In this document: positions 12,901 to 25,474 of the stretch, piece by piece
Layout: every line of letters begins with the position of its first letter
Numbering within the stretch: the stretch's first letter is position 1
Assembly (NCBI GenBank): GCA_951406725.2
Contig: OX597826.1
Location: 30,566,001 to 30,630,000, forward strand
Direction: 5' to 3'
From: Octopus vulgaris
Taxonomy: Eukaryota
DNA: 64,000 bases
The notes under the pieces: generated by a model
What the model was told of the DNA's origin: nothing
The model's database searches: none
The model's input: the letters and a program-made list of their open reading frames with translations, nothing else
Made by a program: the position numbers and the translations under genes

Positions 12901-13504
12901 AAAAAAATCAAGATAGAAAATGCTAAAATAATTTTATAAAAAACATTTCAGTACCGGTTTCAGTCATTGAAACATTTTAAATTGTAAGTATGGAAAACAA
13001 TTAAACTTTTGAAAAGAATATTTGCATCGTATATGTATGTATGTATGTGTATATATATATATATATAATGTAGGATAAATTTTTTCGAAAAAAAAATTTT
13101 ATCAATGGCCAGCATATTAAAAAATACCTTTAAAGGTAAAATTTATAAACAACTTATAAATAAGGGCAAACGAAAAATTTCTAATGCCAAATATACCAAA
13201 ATTAGACACATTGTCCACAAGCATTATAATGGTTATAATGGTTATGGACAATGTGTCTAATTTCGGCTTATTTGGCATTAGAAATTTTTTCGTTTGCCCT
13301 TATTTATAAGTTGTTTATATATATATATATATATATATAATACGGGCTTCTTTCAGTTTCCGTCTACGAAATCCACTCACAAGGCTTTGGCCGGCCCGAG
13401 GCTATAGTAGAAGATACTTGCCAGAGGTTCCACGCAATGGGACTGAACCCGGAACCATGCGATTGGGAAGCAAGCTTCTTACCACACAGCCACCCCTGCA
13501 CCTA
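12620..13504 (-). mobile_element. SINE family 1 split by insertions into its internal (TA)n
   Basis: Tail at about 12620-12860, head at about 13340-13504. Unrelated blocks 12899-13030 and 13050-13319 lie between TA runs. Confidence 0.8.
13144..13319. repeat. Long inverted repeat, ~85-bp arms with ~5-nt spacer
   Basis: TATAAACAACTTATAAATAAGGGCAAACG...TTGTCCACAAGCATTATA pairs with TATAATGGTTATGGACAA...CGTTTGCCCTTATTTATAAGTTGTTTATA. Confidence 0.92.
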
Positions 13505-13524
13505 TTCATTCTATTTCATTATTA

Positions 13525-13634
<110 letters not shown>

Positions 13635-13760
13635 TTGGAGTTGTAGATTTGGCTCTATGGTTCAGAATTTCCCTTCAGTGTGTTCGTCTTCTAAAACTCA
13701 GGGCCGATAAAATGCTTTATCATTGAATTTAACCTGTGGATGCTTGTTGTATGTGTGTGT

Positions 13761-13793
<33 letters not shown>

Positions 13794-15126
13794 AGTGTGT
13801 GTGTGTGTGCGTGTCTGCGTGCACGTGTACTTGTCCGTGTGTGTGTGTGTGTGTCAGCATATGTCTCTGTGTGTGCCTGTGCATTGTTTGTGCTTCTTCC
13901 GATTTGTAAGCGTTTGATTTAAAACAAGTTACCGGGGTCGTTTTCTTCGACTAAATCTCTCAAGACGATACTCCAGCATGGTCGCAGTCCAAGGCCTGAA
14001 CAAAAAAAAATAATAAAAAGAATAAAAGAAGACTCGTGTACCTTGATATACATTATCCAATGTTTACATTTTTAAGATAGTAAAATATTGTTCGAAAGAG
14101 ATTCGGTTTCTATTTCTAGCAGTCCTAGCAACCACGTATAGGCTCTAATCGCTGCTGCTTCTTCGCTCCTGCTGCTGCTGCTGCTAATGGTGATGATGAT
14201 TTTTGATAGGTCAATTCCATGTGGAACAACGAAATAAAGAAGGAAATACAAGACTAAAAAAATAATTGCATTAAAAACCACATAAAATAAAAAAAAACAA
14301 CAACGCTAGGTTATTACAGTTTTAGCCAAATTATGTACGAATGAATGAGGAACGAAGCTAAATACTTAAAGGAAATGTTTCAGCTTAACCAAACAGAATA
14401 AAAAAAAAGAAACAATGAACAAAGAATAGAAACAATAAATAAATGAGGAAGGCAAGAATGTTGAAAGAATATATATTTGTTATTTAAACTAAACAGAAAT
14501 AGAGAAAGAAAATAAAAGTGAATATAAAAAAACACAACAAAGTTAATCAATAAACAAAAAGTATATATTAACAAACTTTAAGACTATCAAAATGAAATTT
14601 GCAGCCTTTACTTCCGGTTTCGTAGTTTCCGGTATCAATCTTCAATTTTGTTGCCCGTAATGTATTTTCTCGTGTAACAAATCCCAGCTGTTTACTTTCT
14701 TAATAGTACATGTAACACTGACAGGCTGTACTTTCTGCCTTGAGAAAGTTCTGAAGAGTTTTAATTTATTTTTATTATTGACGGAATCGTTAGAGGTTGT
14801 GGGTAAAGAAAACAAGTGCTAAGCGCTGTTTGTTCCGGCTGTTTAGGTTTTGAGTTCAGATGCCACCGAGGTCGACTTTGCTTTTCATCTTTTCAAGGTT
14901 CATAAAATAAGTAGCGTTCAAGCACTGATATTCGATTATTACCTTTCAAAATTACTGGCCTTCTGCCCAAATTTGAATCCGTTTAGGTAGAATCGCTAGG
15001 GCGTTTTCAAAAGTGTTTTGTGGTACCTGCCCGGCTGTTACGTAATGAGTTCCAATTTCAGTGCAGGTGAGGTTGTCTTTTCCTCATTTCAGGGTCGATT
15101 ATATAAGATAGCAGCCAAGTAAACAA

Positions 15127-15490
15127 TTACATTCGAAGGATATTTGTCCTCGTCTTATTTGTTGTTAACACAACGTTGCGGGTGATATACTCTCCAGGTT
15201 TTGGGGAAATTTCGAACCTGGGTTCTCATTCCTAAGTATTTTTCGATGTTGTTATTATTATTATTATTATTAGTGTTCAGGTCACTGTTTGGAGTCGACC
15301 TCGGAATCTTGGGGTTAGTAGCCCGCGCTCTATGCCATATACCCGTGAGCAATTATGGAGTGAATTTTAGGGCTTATAAATCTAAAATTTTTCTATCCTT
15401 TCTTAATACCGGTTCCCATATGCTGCTCATATCTGCACTCGGTCTGCTTAGGAGGTTGTTGTGTCGAATGTAAATAAAGTACATAATTCC
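15127..15490 (-). mobile_element. Penelope-like element 3' remnant: ORF C-terminus, tRNA-like segment and pseudo-LTR-like tail
   Basis: Minus frame HNNLLSRPSADMSSIWEPVLRKDRKILDL* resembles PLE C-termini. 10-bp inverted match TTACATTCGA (15127-15136) / TCGAATGTAA (15464-15473). Confidence 0.5.
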
Positions 15491-15596
<106 letters not shown>

Positions 15597-15617
15597 CATT
15601 ATTATTATTATTATTAA

Positions 15618-16016
15618 GGCGGCGAGCTGGCAGAAACATTAGAACGCCGGGCGAAATGCTTAGCGGTATTTCGTTTGCCGTTACGTTCTGAGTTCAAATT
15701 CCGCCGAGGTCGACTTTGCCTTTCATCCTTTCGGGGTCGATAAATTAAGTATCAGTTACGCACTGGGGTCGATATAATCGACTTAATGCGTTTGTCTGTC
15801 CTTGTTTGTCCTCTCTGTGTTTAGCCCCTTGTGGGTAGTAAAAAAATAGGTATTTCGCCCGTCGCTACGTTCTGAGTTCAAATTCTGTCGATCTTGACTT
15901 TACCTTTCATCCTTTCTGGGTCGATAAATTGAGAACCAGTGAAACACTGGGATCGATGTAATTGACTAGTCCCTTTCCCAAAACATTTCAGGCCTTGTGC
16001 CTATAATAGAAAGGAT
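15618..16016 (+). mobile_element. SINE family 2 dimer between (TTA)n tracts
   Basis: Head GGCGGCGAGCTGGCAG, two body units, end GTGCCTATAATAGAAAGGATTATT. Confidence 0.88.
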
Positions 16017-16099
16017 TATTATTATTATTGTTGTTGTTGCAGTTGTTATAAATTTGTGTTGTAAAATTCCTGATGTAAAATCGTGTGTTGACAAAGATA

Positions 16100-16136
16100 T
16101 AGTTGTATCTGGGGATGGTCATTTTTATTTATCTAT

Positions 16137-16175
<39 letters not shown>

Positions 16176-16722
16176 TTGCCAAATAAACACACGCACTATC
16201 TATTTCTTCTTCGCTCATTTATTACAGTTTTTTTTATTATAATTATTATAACTCATGTCCATTGTCCTGAAACCTTTCGTTACACATCTGTGACTTCAGC
16301 GACACTTTTCGCTTTCGTGTGTGCTTTTGCTCCAGTTACTCCATTCTATTCTTCTAAGATGTGTGCGTATGCATTTAAATCCGCACGCTCGCGCGTATGT
16401 GTGTGTACTTGTGAGTGTCTGTCATTGTTCTTAGCAGCAGTATGCCATTCCCCTCAGGCCCATCCTCTCACCCCATTGTGCTACTGCTGTCCTAAGACCC
16501 GAAAATTTGGTACAGTTCCTGTATCTCTCTGTGTTTGTTTGCCCATGGTGTTGCCATCCTGGTAGTTGTTATTGCAACCGTTGTCACCACTGCAGCTGCT
16601 GTCGTTGTTATTCGTGTTATTGATATTGTTGTGACCGTCCGTGAAATTTCTTGTGTGTGTGTTTGTGTGAGTGTATGGGTTCGCCTCGTATGCTGTTTGT
16701 ATCCATGCCCTTTATATAGATT

Positions 16723-16772
<50 letters not shown>

Positions 16773-17170
16773 CTATCTCTATTATATTTATCACAGATAC
16801 GTCACAAATATATTTATGTATCTATCTATTTATATATTTATTTACCTGACACATACACAAGCGTACACACACACACACACACACACATATGCACACATTT
16901 ACACACACAGACGTAAACGCATGCGCACATAGGGATACACATCTTAGAAGAACATAATGGAGTAAGTGGAGTAAGAGCACACACGAAAACGAAAAGTATT
17001 GCTGAAGAGGTCACAGATGTGTGACAAAAGATTGCTGGACAATGGACATGAGTTAAAATAATAATAAAAATTAAGAACAGTAATAAATGAATGAAGAACA
17101 AATATATAGTGAGCCTGTTTATTTGGAAAATAAATGAATAAATAAAAATGACCATCTCGAAATACAACAA

Positions 17171-17172
<2 letters not shown>
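16100..17172. repeat. Pair of diverged ~270-300 bp inverted repeats (about 16100-16400 and 16900-17172) with hammerhead-like motif
   Basis: For example ACTCATGTCCATTGTCC vs GGACAATGGACATGAGT and TTCTTCTAAGATGTGT vs ACACATCTTAGAAGAA. Confidence 0.85.
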
Positions 17173-17223
<51 letters not shown>

Positions 17224-17224
<1 letters not shown>

Positions 17225-19210
17225 CTTTTTTTTTCTTCTTTCAAATTTGCTTCCATTTCTTGCCGAGTGTCTTCTCGACTCCTAGGGCAAAGAAACTCAT
17301 AGTATACATTGGTAGGCCATTAAACTAAACTCACTAGTTCGTTCATTTTTTTTTTTAAAGTTAAATTAAAATACATGGGTAGTAATAGTTCTCACATCGA
17401 CAATGCTCTTCTCAATACGTGTGATGTACCAGTTAAGACAATCTTTTGCACTTCTTGCAGGGATGGTAAGCCAGGGATCATTGTCATATACTTTTCGGTT
17501 CCCTTCTTGATCATTCCTAGTGCTCCTACGATCACTGGTATTGTAACCGCCTTGAGATGCCACATTTTCTCAATTTCAATGAGCAGGTCTTTATATTTTC
17601 TGAGCTTGTCAAACTCTTTCGCCGAGATATTATGATCACAGGGGATGCTCATGTCAATCAATAAGCAAACTTTATTGTTTTGGCCTTTCACAACAATATC
17701 TGGTTTATTGGCTTTGATGGTTCGGTCTGTATGTACTGGAAAGTCCCACAGAATCGTTACATTTTCTCCTTCAGTTACAGCTTCAGGGTAGTGATTATAC
17801 CACTTGTCGGCAGTTTTGATATTGTAATGCCGACTTATTAGCCAGTGTAGATATTGGCCAACTCTGACATGTCTTAATTTATACTCCACTGGTGCTAAGA
17901 CTTTACATCCAGAGATTAGGTGGTCCACTGTTTCAATCATGTCGTTGCAGAATCGGTATTTTGGGTCTGCTCCATTTTTCATCACATTGGCCTGGTAGTT
18001 CCGGGTTAATAGGCTTTGATCTTGAGCAGCCAGGATGAAACCTTTGCTCTCTGCTTTTAGCCCTGAGCTCCGAAGCCACTGATGGGTTTGCTTCTGGTCA
18101 GCATCAGCTTGTTTGCTGCGGGCCACATATTTGCCGTGCAGAGGTTTCTCCTCCCACCTATCAGCCAATTGCTCGTGCGCTTTTTTCGTTGCCATTATTT
18201 TCACCTTCTTTGCAACAATAGTTGCCGTACTTCCCTCGGGTTGTTCAGTTTGGGTATCCTGCACGAGATCAATAGTAAATTTTTTGCTTTCCTTTATGAT
18301 AGAATGAAGCTTCTTTCGTCTCTCGTGATTTTCCACGAGCTTTAGCATCCAGTCATTCGTTATTTCGAGATATTTGACCAGTCCAATTGTGGTTGTTTTG
18401 TAATCTAGTTCAAATTGGATCAGGCCTCGACCTCCTTGGGCTCTGGGAAGGTAAAGGCGATCTACGTCTGCCTTTGGGTGGTGCATCCTATTACAACTCA
18501 GCAGCTTGCGTATTTTCCTATCTATATTCTTTACTCCACTCATATTCCAGTTCAACAGATTGTAGCTATAAGTAACAACTGGAACTGCTAAGGAATTTAT
18601 AGCTACCACCTTGTTACATGCATTTAGTTCAGATTTCAGGACTGCACGAACTCTCCTATAACATTCCTTCCTGATCTTCTCTTTCATGCTTGCATGCTGA
18701 ATACCAGAGCCTTCATTTATCCCTAAATATTTGTATGTTTGTTCTTGCTCAAGCTCTCTTATGACTGTGTCAACATCTAACACGACTGAATTTGTCGTCT
18801 TCACTTTCCCTTTCTGGAAAGTGGCCTTGGCACACTTCTCAAGCCCAAACTCCATCCCGATGTCATCGCTGAATGCTTTCACAGTGCGCAATAGGCCTTC
18901 AAGTTCATTATCGTCTTTACCATAGAGTTTTAAGTCGTCCATATAAAATAGATGGCTTATTTTTTTATTGGCAATTTTATACCCACACCCTGTTCTGTTT
19001 AATTCACTTGTAAGGGGTATTAGGGCTATGCAGAATATTAAAGGTGAAAGTGAGTCACCTTGAAAAATTCCACAGTTGATGTTTATATTTTCTGAGGCAA
19101 GTACTCCGTTAGAGTGGTATAATTGGAGATTCGTATTCCACAACGACATATTGTGCTTCAGGAAGCTTGAAATCACAGGGGAAATTTTGAAGATGTCCAG
19201 CGATCTCAAG
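17224..19210 (-). mobile_element. 5'-truncated non-LTR retrotransposon, R4/Dong-like family B, inserted in (TAA)n
   Basis: (TTA)n on the + strand at 17171-17223 and 19211-19270. The 3' UTR matches 8471-8636. Confidence 0.92.
17392..19210 (-). CDS. Truncated retrotransposon ORF: RT, zinc knuckle, restriction-like endonuclease (~605 codons of the 649-aa track ORF)
   Basis: GIFQGDSLSP, HLFYMDDLKLY, FGLEKC, YKYLG, YRFCNDMIETVDHLISGC (first Cys apparently replaced by Tyr), KPDIVV..LIDMSIP..KLRKY. The poly-M/I N-terminus in the track is microsatellite read-through. Confidence 0.93.
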
Positions 19211-19272
<62 letters not shown>

Positions 19273-19276
19273 CATC

Positions 19277-19308
<32 letters not shown>

Positions 19309-20400
19309 TATTATTATCGTTATTATTGAGCATTCCAGCAAGCAAAACCTCCAAGGAAAGAAATTTGTAACCAGATAACCTTCTAGAAACAGCTAGTTTT
19401 GATGAGAAAGGGTTTTCTAGTTTTCTTAACATAAAGTTTCAGAGTTCTTGGAGGGTAACACTCCACTACCTCGGATGAAAGGAATATTTGTCTTTCAAAA
19501 GTTTCTATATTTTTTGGCAAAGTGCCATTTTCAGTATTTATTCTAGTTTCATTTTGGCCGCTTCAACGTAGGTGATTCTTACAGAGGTGGTGGTTGAAAC
19601 ATCAATAATTTATACAAACACATCGCCAGATTATTTTTAAACGATAAAGTAAATTTTAAAAGTGGAAAAAAATTCAAGAAAATAAGAAAAACAATCAAGG
19701 TAACGGAGGTTCTAGCTTCAACATTTTCAGAATATGTAGAATGCAAAATACAAAACAAGAATATGGTTAGATGTATCAATTTTAAAATTGAAAGACAGAA
19801 AGAACAGCAGCGACAACAAGACCAGCAACACTATTCTGTTCTACAAAATTGAAGAATTGGTTAAGATACACGACTTGACTCAAACCAGCTCAAAAGAAAA
19901 GACAGAAGAACTTGACGAGATATGAGCTGTAGGATGTGTGTCCCTTTACCCGGTGCAGGGTATAAGGAAGTATGTGTCTGATTTTAAGAACGAAAATCAG
20001 GTGTGGACGCTGGCAAAGTGTGTGCGCCCGACTCCAGTTCACAACACATGACTGGAGTAGGTCATATGGAAATGTATTCTCAACCCTCAAGATCGAGACC
20101 CAAGTATGGAGACTGGTAAACCTGGGGCGTTACACACATGTCCAGACCGGTAACATAATACATGGGCTTCAGAAAACGACGACTACATCCACGGATATAT
20201 ATATATATATATAGTAGAAAGAATAGCCAAAACTTTTTGACTGCTATTTTTAAATTCGGTGTGTGGTGAGGCAAATCGTTGCTAAACCCTTAATTACTTA
20301 GTATTACTTAAACCTTCCTTGAATGGGGCTTTCACATGCCGAACTCTACTTGGTGAAATTAATGATTATTTCTAAATTAATTAATTTCACCCTTTATTAT

Positions 20401-20496
<96 letters not shown>

Positions 20497-20551
20497 ATAT
20501 ATATATATATATGTATGTATGTATGTATGTATATATATATATGCATGTATG

Positions 20552-20582
<31 letters not shown>

Positions 20583-20585
20583 TTA

Positions 20586-20616
<31 letters not shown>

Positions 20617-20697
20617 ATATATATATGTATGTATGTATGTATGTATATATATATATGCATGTATGTATATATATATATATGTGTATATATATATATT

Positions 20698-20732
<35 letters not shown>

Positions 20733-21960
20733 TGGTCCTTGACTTCTGATCTCTTTTGCGCAAAGTGAAGGTAATTGGTGATCGTGATGACGATCTACAA
20801 TATGTGATCTGCATGGACTCCAATAAACGTAGCACTATCCTTAATGTGCACGCCATTTAGAGAAAGAGGACTGAGAAGAGATCAGTTAGATTGGTAATGC
20901 AAGCTAGAAGGTCGAGTTGCGACACGTGTGGTAGTAAAGTCCACCTTCTGCCAACAGGAAATGGAAAATCGAAAACACAAAACGGAGGAGGGCATTAGAC
21001 AGCTGAAAATGTAGTAACAGGTTATTGAGGTGAAGACTATGATTGCTGCTATCGCTGAATATCGCTGATCGCAACTTCGAGGACAGCAGCAGCTGGTGGT
21101 TTTCTAGAAACTGAAAACCAAAATTCGGTAGGCGAAAGCGCAAACTGAAGTCATATTTACGAAAACACAACCAGCAACAGAAGTAGCAACTCTTTCATTG
21201 TACAAATGTTCCATATCATACGAGGCATCTCCATATGGACCAGCTTAAAGGAAGAGAAGACGACTTGGATGAGGTGTTTCACACAAAAAATAGCAATACT
21301 TGCTTGCCCCCGTCGAATTCAACCAGTCAAAAACCAAATGAAACATTGACATGTCTCTATTTTCCGAAGAACGTTTCTATGCTCATTCTAGAGAAAAGTA
21401 GGTGAATACACTAGACGAGGTTTAAAAAAAACACATAGAGGGGTACCTTTGTATGGGTTCGAAAGAGAAACAGGAAGAAGTCCTAGCTGATGTGTAGCAG
21501 GATATTATCTTCATCGCCTGGGAAAGGACACAGAGAAAAGTGTGACAAGTTTTCAATACTGAGAATCAAGTGAAGATATAGGTTGACCTTATGTGCCACG
21601 CGCCAGCCTAAAGTGCTGGTCCCACAGTACACGAATTTTAGGAATTTAAAGACAACGGTTAGAGATATTGCTACGAATGTTAACCAACTTAACACACCAT
21701 CATCTCTACTTTCAGTGCCAACACATGTTTTCACAACCATCACCAGAGCAACTGCAATCCAGCGCCATAATTACACACATATCGTATCTACTTAGCTAAC
21801 GCGTTTGTTGCTTTGATCGCTGTAGATTAGTAGCAGTGGTTGCATAGCGATAGTAGTAGTTAGAGTGGAATTGGTAAGAAGGCGATTGGATGGTGGCGCT
21901 GGAAAATTGAATTAGCACCCTGGGTAAGTGGCCTCTAAATTGGTCCTGAGCCAAATAATT

Positions 21961-22013
21961 AACCCTTGTGGGTGAATTTAGTAAACAGAAACTTTGTGGA
22001 AACACGTCGCATA

Positions 22014-22101
<88 letters not shown>

Positions 22102-22200
22102 TATAGATATATTTACATATATGTATAGATACAAATATATATATATATATATGCACATACACACGCACACTCACATGCACACACACACACACACACACAA

Positions 22201-22261
<61 letters not shown>

Positions 22262-22635
22262 GTTGAAATTGACGTAAAAAACAAAAGATGAAGACAGGTG
22301 TATGAACAACAAGCAGATGTATTAGTTTGACGCTTGGGAAGGTGAGAAAGTCTTTTAGGTTTCGAGCCAACGCTCTGCAACAGAAAGGAATAACGGAAAA
22401 TGAACAGAGAGATAATAAAAAAAAAACTTGTAGATTTAGCGGTTAGTATGCGGTGAGGGGGAGTCTACAGCCACTATTTCATAACCGATGTTGGTTTGTT
22501 TGCGTCCTCGCAATATAGCAGTTCGACCAAAGAAATCCGATATAAAAGTACTGTGTTCGATTTGTTCGACCAAGCCCTTCAAGGGTATGCCCCAGCATGG
22601 CCGCAGACCGACGACTGAAGCAAGTAAAGGGATAA
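21961..22635 (+). mobile_element. Diverged SINE family 1 copy with a hammerhead-like element (22262-22440, -) nested in its internal microsatellite
   Basis: Head remnant CCTTGTGGGTGAATTTAGTAAACAGAAACT; tail ...CCAGCATGGCCGCAG...ACTGAAGCAAGTAAA. Confidence 0.65.
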
Positions 22636-23259
22636 ACAATAAAACATACACAACAGTTTCATTTTAAAAAAGGTACTTATGGCTTGAACAGTTTCATTAT
22701 CACACCCTAGTTTGCTTTTCTCCATTGGACAAAACTTCATATTTTCAAAAACAATTAAATAAAGAAATTGAATTTTATGGTACTTGGTAAAATTTCTGAT
22801 AATTAATCGCTTAAGAGTGGATTTTTCTAAACCAATTCATCTAATTTTTTATTATACTTCTTTTTTTTTATTTAAGCAGGTCTTAAGGTTTTATTTTTAT
22901 ATATTTTTGCCGAGTAGACATTCCGTATCTCCTATTTTTTTTAACGCACATTAAAACGAAAAATAAAAAAAGAAGTTTTTATCCAACGCTTTCTAAAAGT
23001 ATTTTTATATTAATTAAAAAATGACACGTGAATATGTATTCGTTTTCAAAATAATTACAAGTAATCTATATTCGTTAATGAACGCATTAGCAATTGTTAT
23101 GTTGTCCTCTTCGAAAATTGAAAATGTTATTGCTTCGATTTATTTAGGCATGGAAATATAATTAGGAATGCAAACAAAATATATTTCTACTCTTCAAATG
23201 TAAAACATATCCCCTGCCATCTAGATACACACACAGACACACACACACACACAATGAAA

Positions 23260-23574
23260 CTGGTTCTCCGTCGGTTGCGACGACGAGGGTTCCAGTTGAT
23301 CCAATCAGCAGAATAGCCTGCTTGTGAAATTAACGTGTAAGTCGTGGAGCAATCCACAGATATGCGAATCTTTAATGTAGTTCTCAGGGAGATTCAGGAT
23401 GACACAGAATGTGACAATGGTGGTTCTTTAAACTGCTGATATAACTCATTTTTGCCTGCTGAGTGGACTGGAACGGTGTAAAATAAAGTGTCTTGCTGAA
23501 GGACACAACGCGCCGCCGGATATCGAACCAACGATCGTCGGCCGAACACCTTAACCAAAAACCTACGCAGCTTC
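23260..23574 (-). mobile_element. SINE family 4 (tRNA head plus GTGTCCTTxAGCAAGACACTT domain)
   Basis: Homologous to 41440-41760; B-box GGTTCGATATCC on the minus strand. Confidence 0.75.
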
Positions 23575-23794
23575 ATAAATATACACACACACACACATAC
23601 GTACGAGTGTGTGAATATATTTGTGTATATTCACATACATAGGCGCAGGCGTAGTTGTCAAGCGATGGCATGGGAAAACACACACACACTCATATATATA
23701 TATTCGAAACCATAATGATATCCGTGGGGCAGCTGATGATGGAGGTATAGTGGAATAGTGTTGTAACACATCTTTTTGATATATATGTCTATGA

Positions 23795-23951
23795 TGGACT
23801 TCTTTCAATTTCCGTCTACCAGATCCACTCACAAGGCTTTGGTCGGCCCGAGGCGATAGCACAAGACACTTGTCCAAGTTGCCACACAGTGGGACTGAAC
23901 CCAGAAGTATGTGGTTGGGAAGCAAGGTTCTTACCAGACAGCCACGCCCGC

Positions 23952-23952
<1 letters not shown>
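23795..23952 (-). mobile_element. SINE family 1 head
   Basis: Matches the family consensus. Confidence 0.8.
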
Positions 23953-23980
<28 letters not shown>

Positions 23981-23989
<9 letters not shown>

Positions 23990-24389
23990 TAAAAGAAATA
24001 AAACATATGCATATATATAAACATATATGTACGTACCTACCTCTACATGTACATGTACACGCATATATGAGTACAGGACACCAAATGGACGTCGAACACA
24101 TAGAGAAACGAAAAACATAGACACAAACCAAAGGAACTGGACATTTTTTTTTAAAAAACAAAAAATGGAGTACAGGACAGTTAACACAACGAAAAAACCC
24201 CTTCTTCAGTCGCTAAGGTTTAATCTACTCTACGTTTCGAAGGATAAAAGCGAGACGTATCTTCGACAAGAAACTTTCCTTCTTGCGAAAAGCAAATCAA
24301 TTAAAATTCTGAGATCTTTTCGCAGAGGGGTAAAAAATGGTAAAAAAAAAAGCAAGACAGTAACGACAGTACAAACATATAAACAGTAA

Positions 24390-24428
<39 letters not shown>

Positions 24429-25474
24429 AGTAAAAAAATATATATAACAGTAAAAGACAGGACAAGGAGAACAAGATAAGAAGGGCTGTTGACACCGAAC
24501 GAAAAAAGTATTGCAAACGCTGAATTATTTGTGAACGACGAGAGAGCAGGAAATGTCGTCCAGTAGCCTTAAAAGGCGGGCGAGAAAGACGGATAGCAGT
24601 TACGGCGGAAGTATCGTCGCAGATGGACGACGGGAATGGGGGAGGAGGAGCAAGAGGATGGGAGAGAAGAAGGGGAATGGTGAGAGGAGACCATGAAGAA
24701 AGGTGAGGGGGAGAGAGAGAATGAAGAATGAGAGAGAGAGGAAGAGACAGGTTAAGTGAGGGAAAAAAGACGAAAGGGGGATGGGATAGAAAGAAAGAAA
24801 GAAAGATGCAGAGTCGCGTGAGAGTTAATATCAAGGCGAACTTGATATACAGAACAATCTTACTTAAGAGGGTGCGTGCGTTTAGTCGTATAATATATTA
24901 ATAAAAGAAATAAAACATATACATATATATAAACATATATGTACGTACCTACCTCTACATGTACATATACACGCATATATGAGTACAGGACACCAAATGG
25001 ACGTCGAACACAAAGAGAAACGAAAACATAGACACAAACCAAAGGAACTGGACATTTTTTTTTAAAAACAAAAAATGGAGTACAGGACAGTTAACACAAC
25101 GAAAAAACCCCTTCTTCAGTCGCTAAGGTTTCATCTACTCTACGTTTCGAAGGATAAAAGCGAGACGTATCTTCGACAAGAAACTTTTCTTCCTGCGAAA
25201 AGCAAATCAATTAAAATTCTGAGATCTTTTCGCAGAGGGGTAAAAAATGGTAAAAAAAAAGCAAGACAGTAACGACAGTACAAACATATAAACAGTAAAA
25301 AAAAAAATTTTTTTTAAATATACATATATATATATATAAACAGTAAAAAAATATATATAACAGTAAAAGACAGGACAAGGAGAACAAGATAAGAAGGGCT
25401 GTTGACGCCGAACGAGAAAAGTATTGCAAACGCTGAATTATTTGTGAACGACGAGAGAGCAGGAAATGTCGTCC

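Noticed and set aside
19211-19341. N-terminal 44 codons of the 649-aa ORF
   Set aside because: Flanking (TAA)/(TGA)n microsatellite, not part of the element.
20760-21300. Possible gag/ORF1 zinc-knuckle relic (CDTCGSKVH)
   Set aside because: Incomplete motif in a stop-ridden frame.
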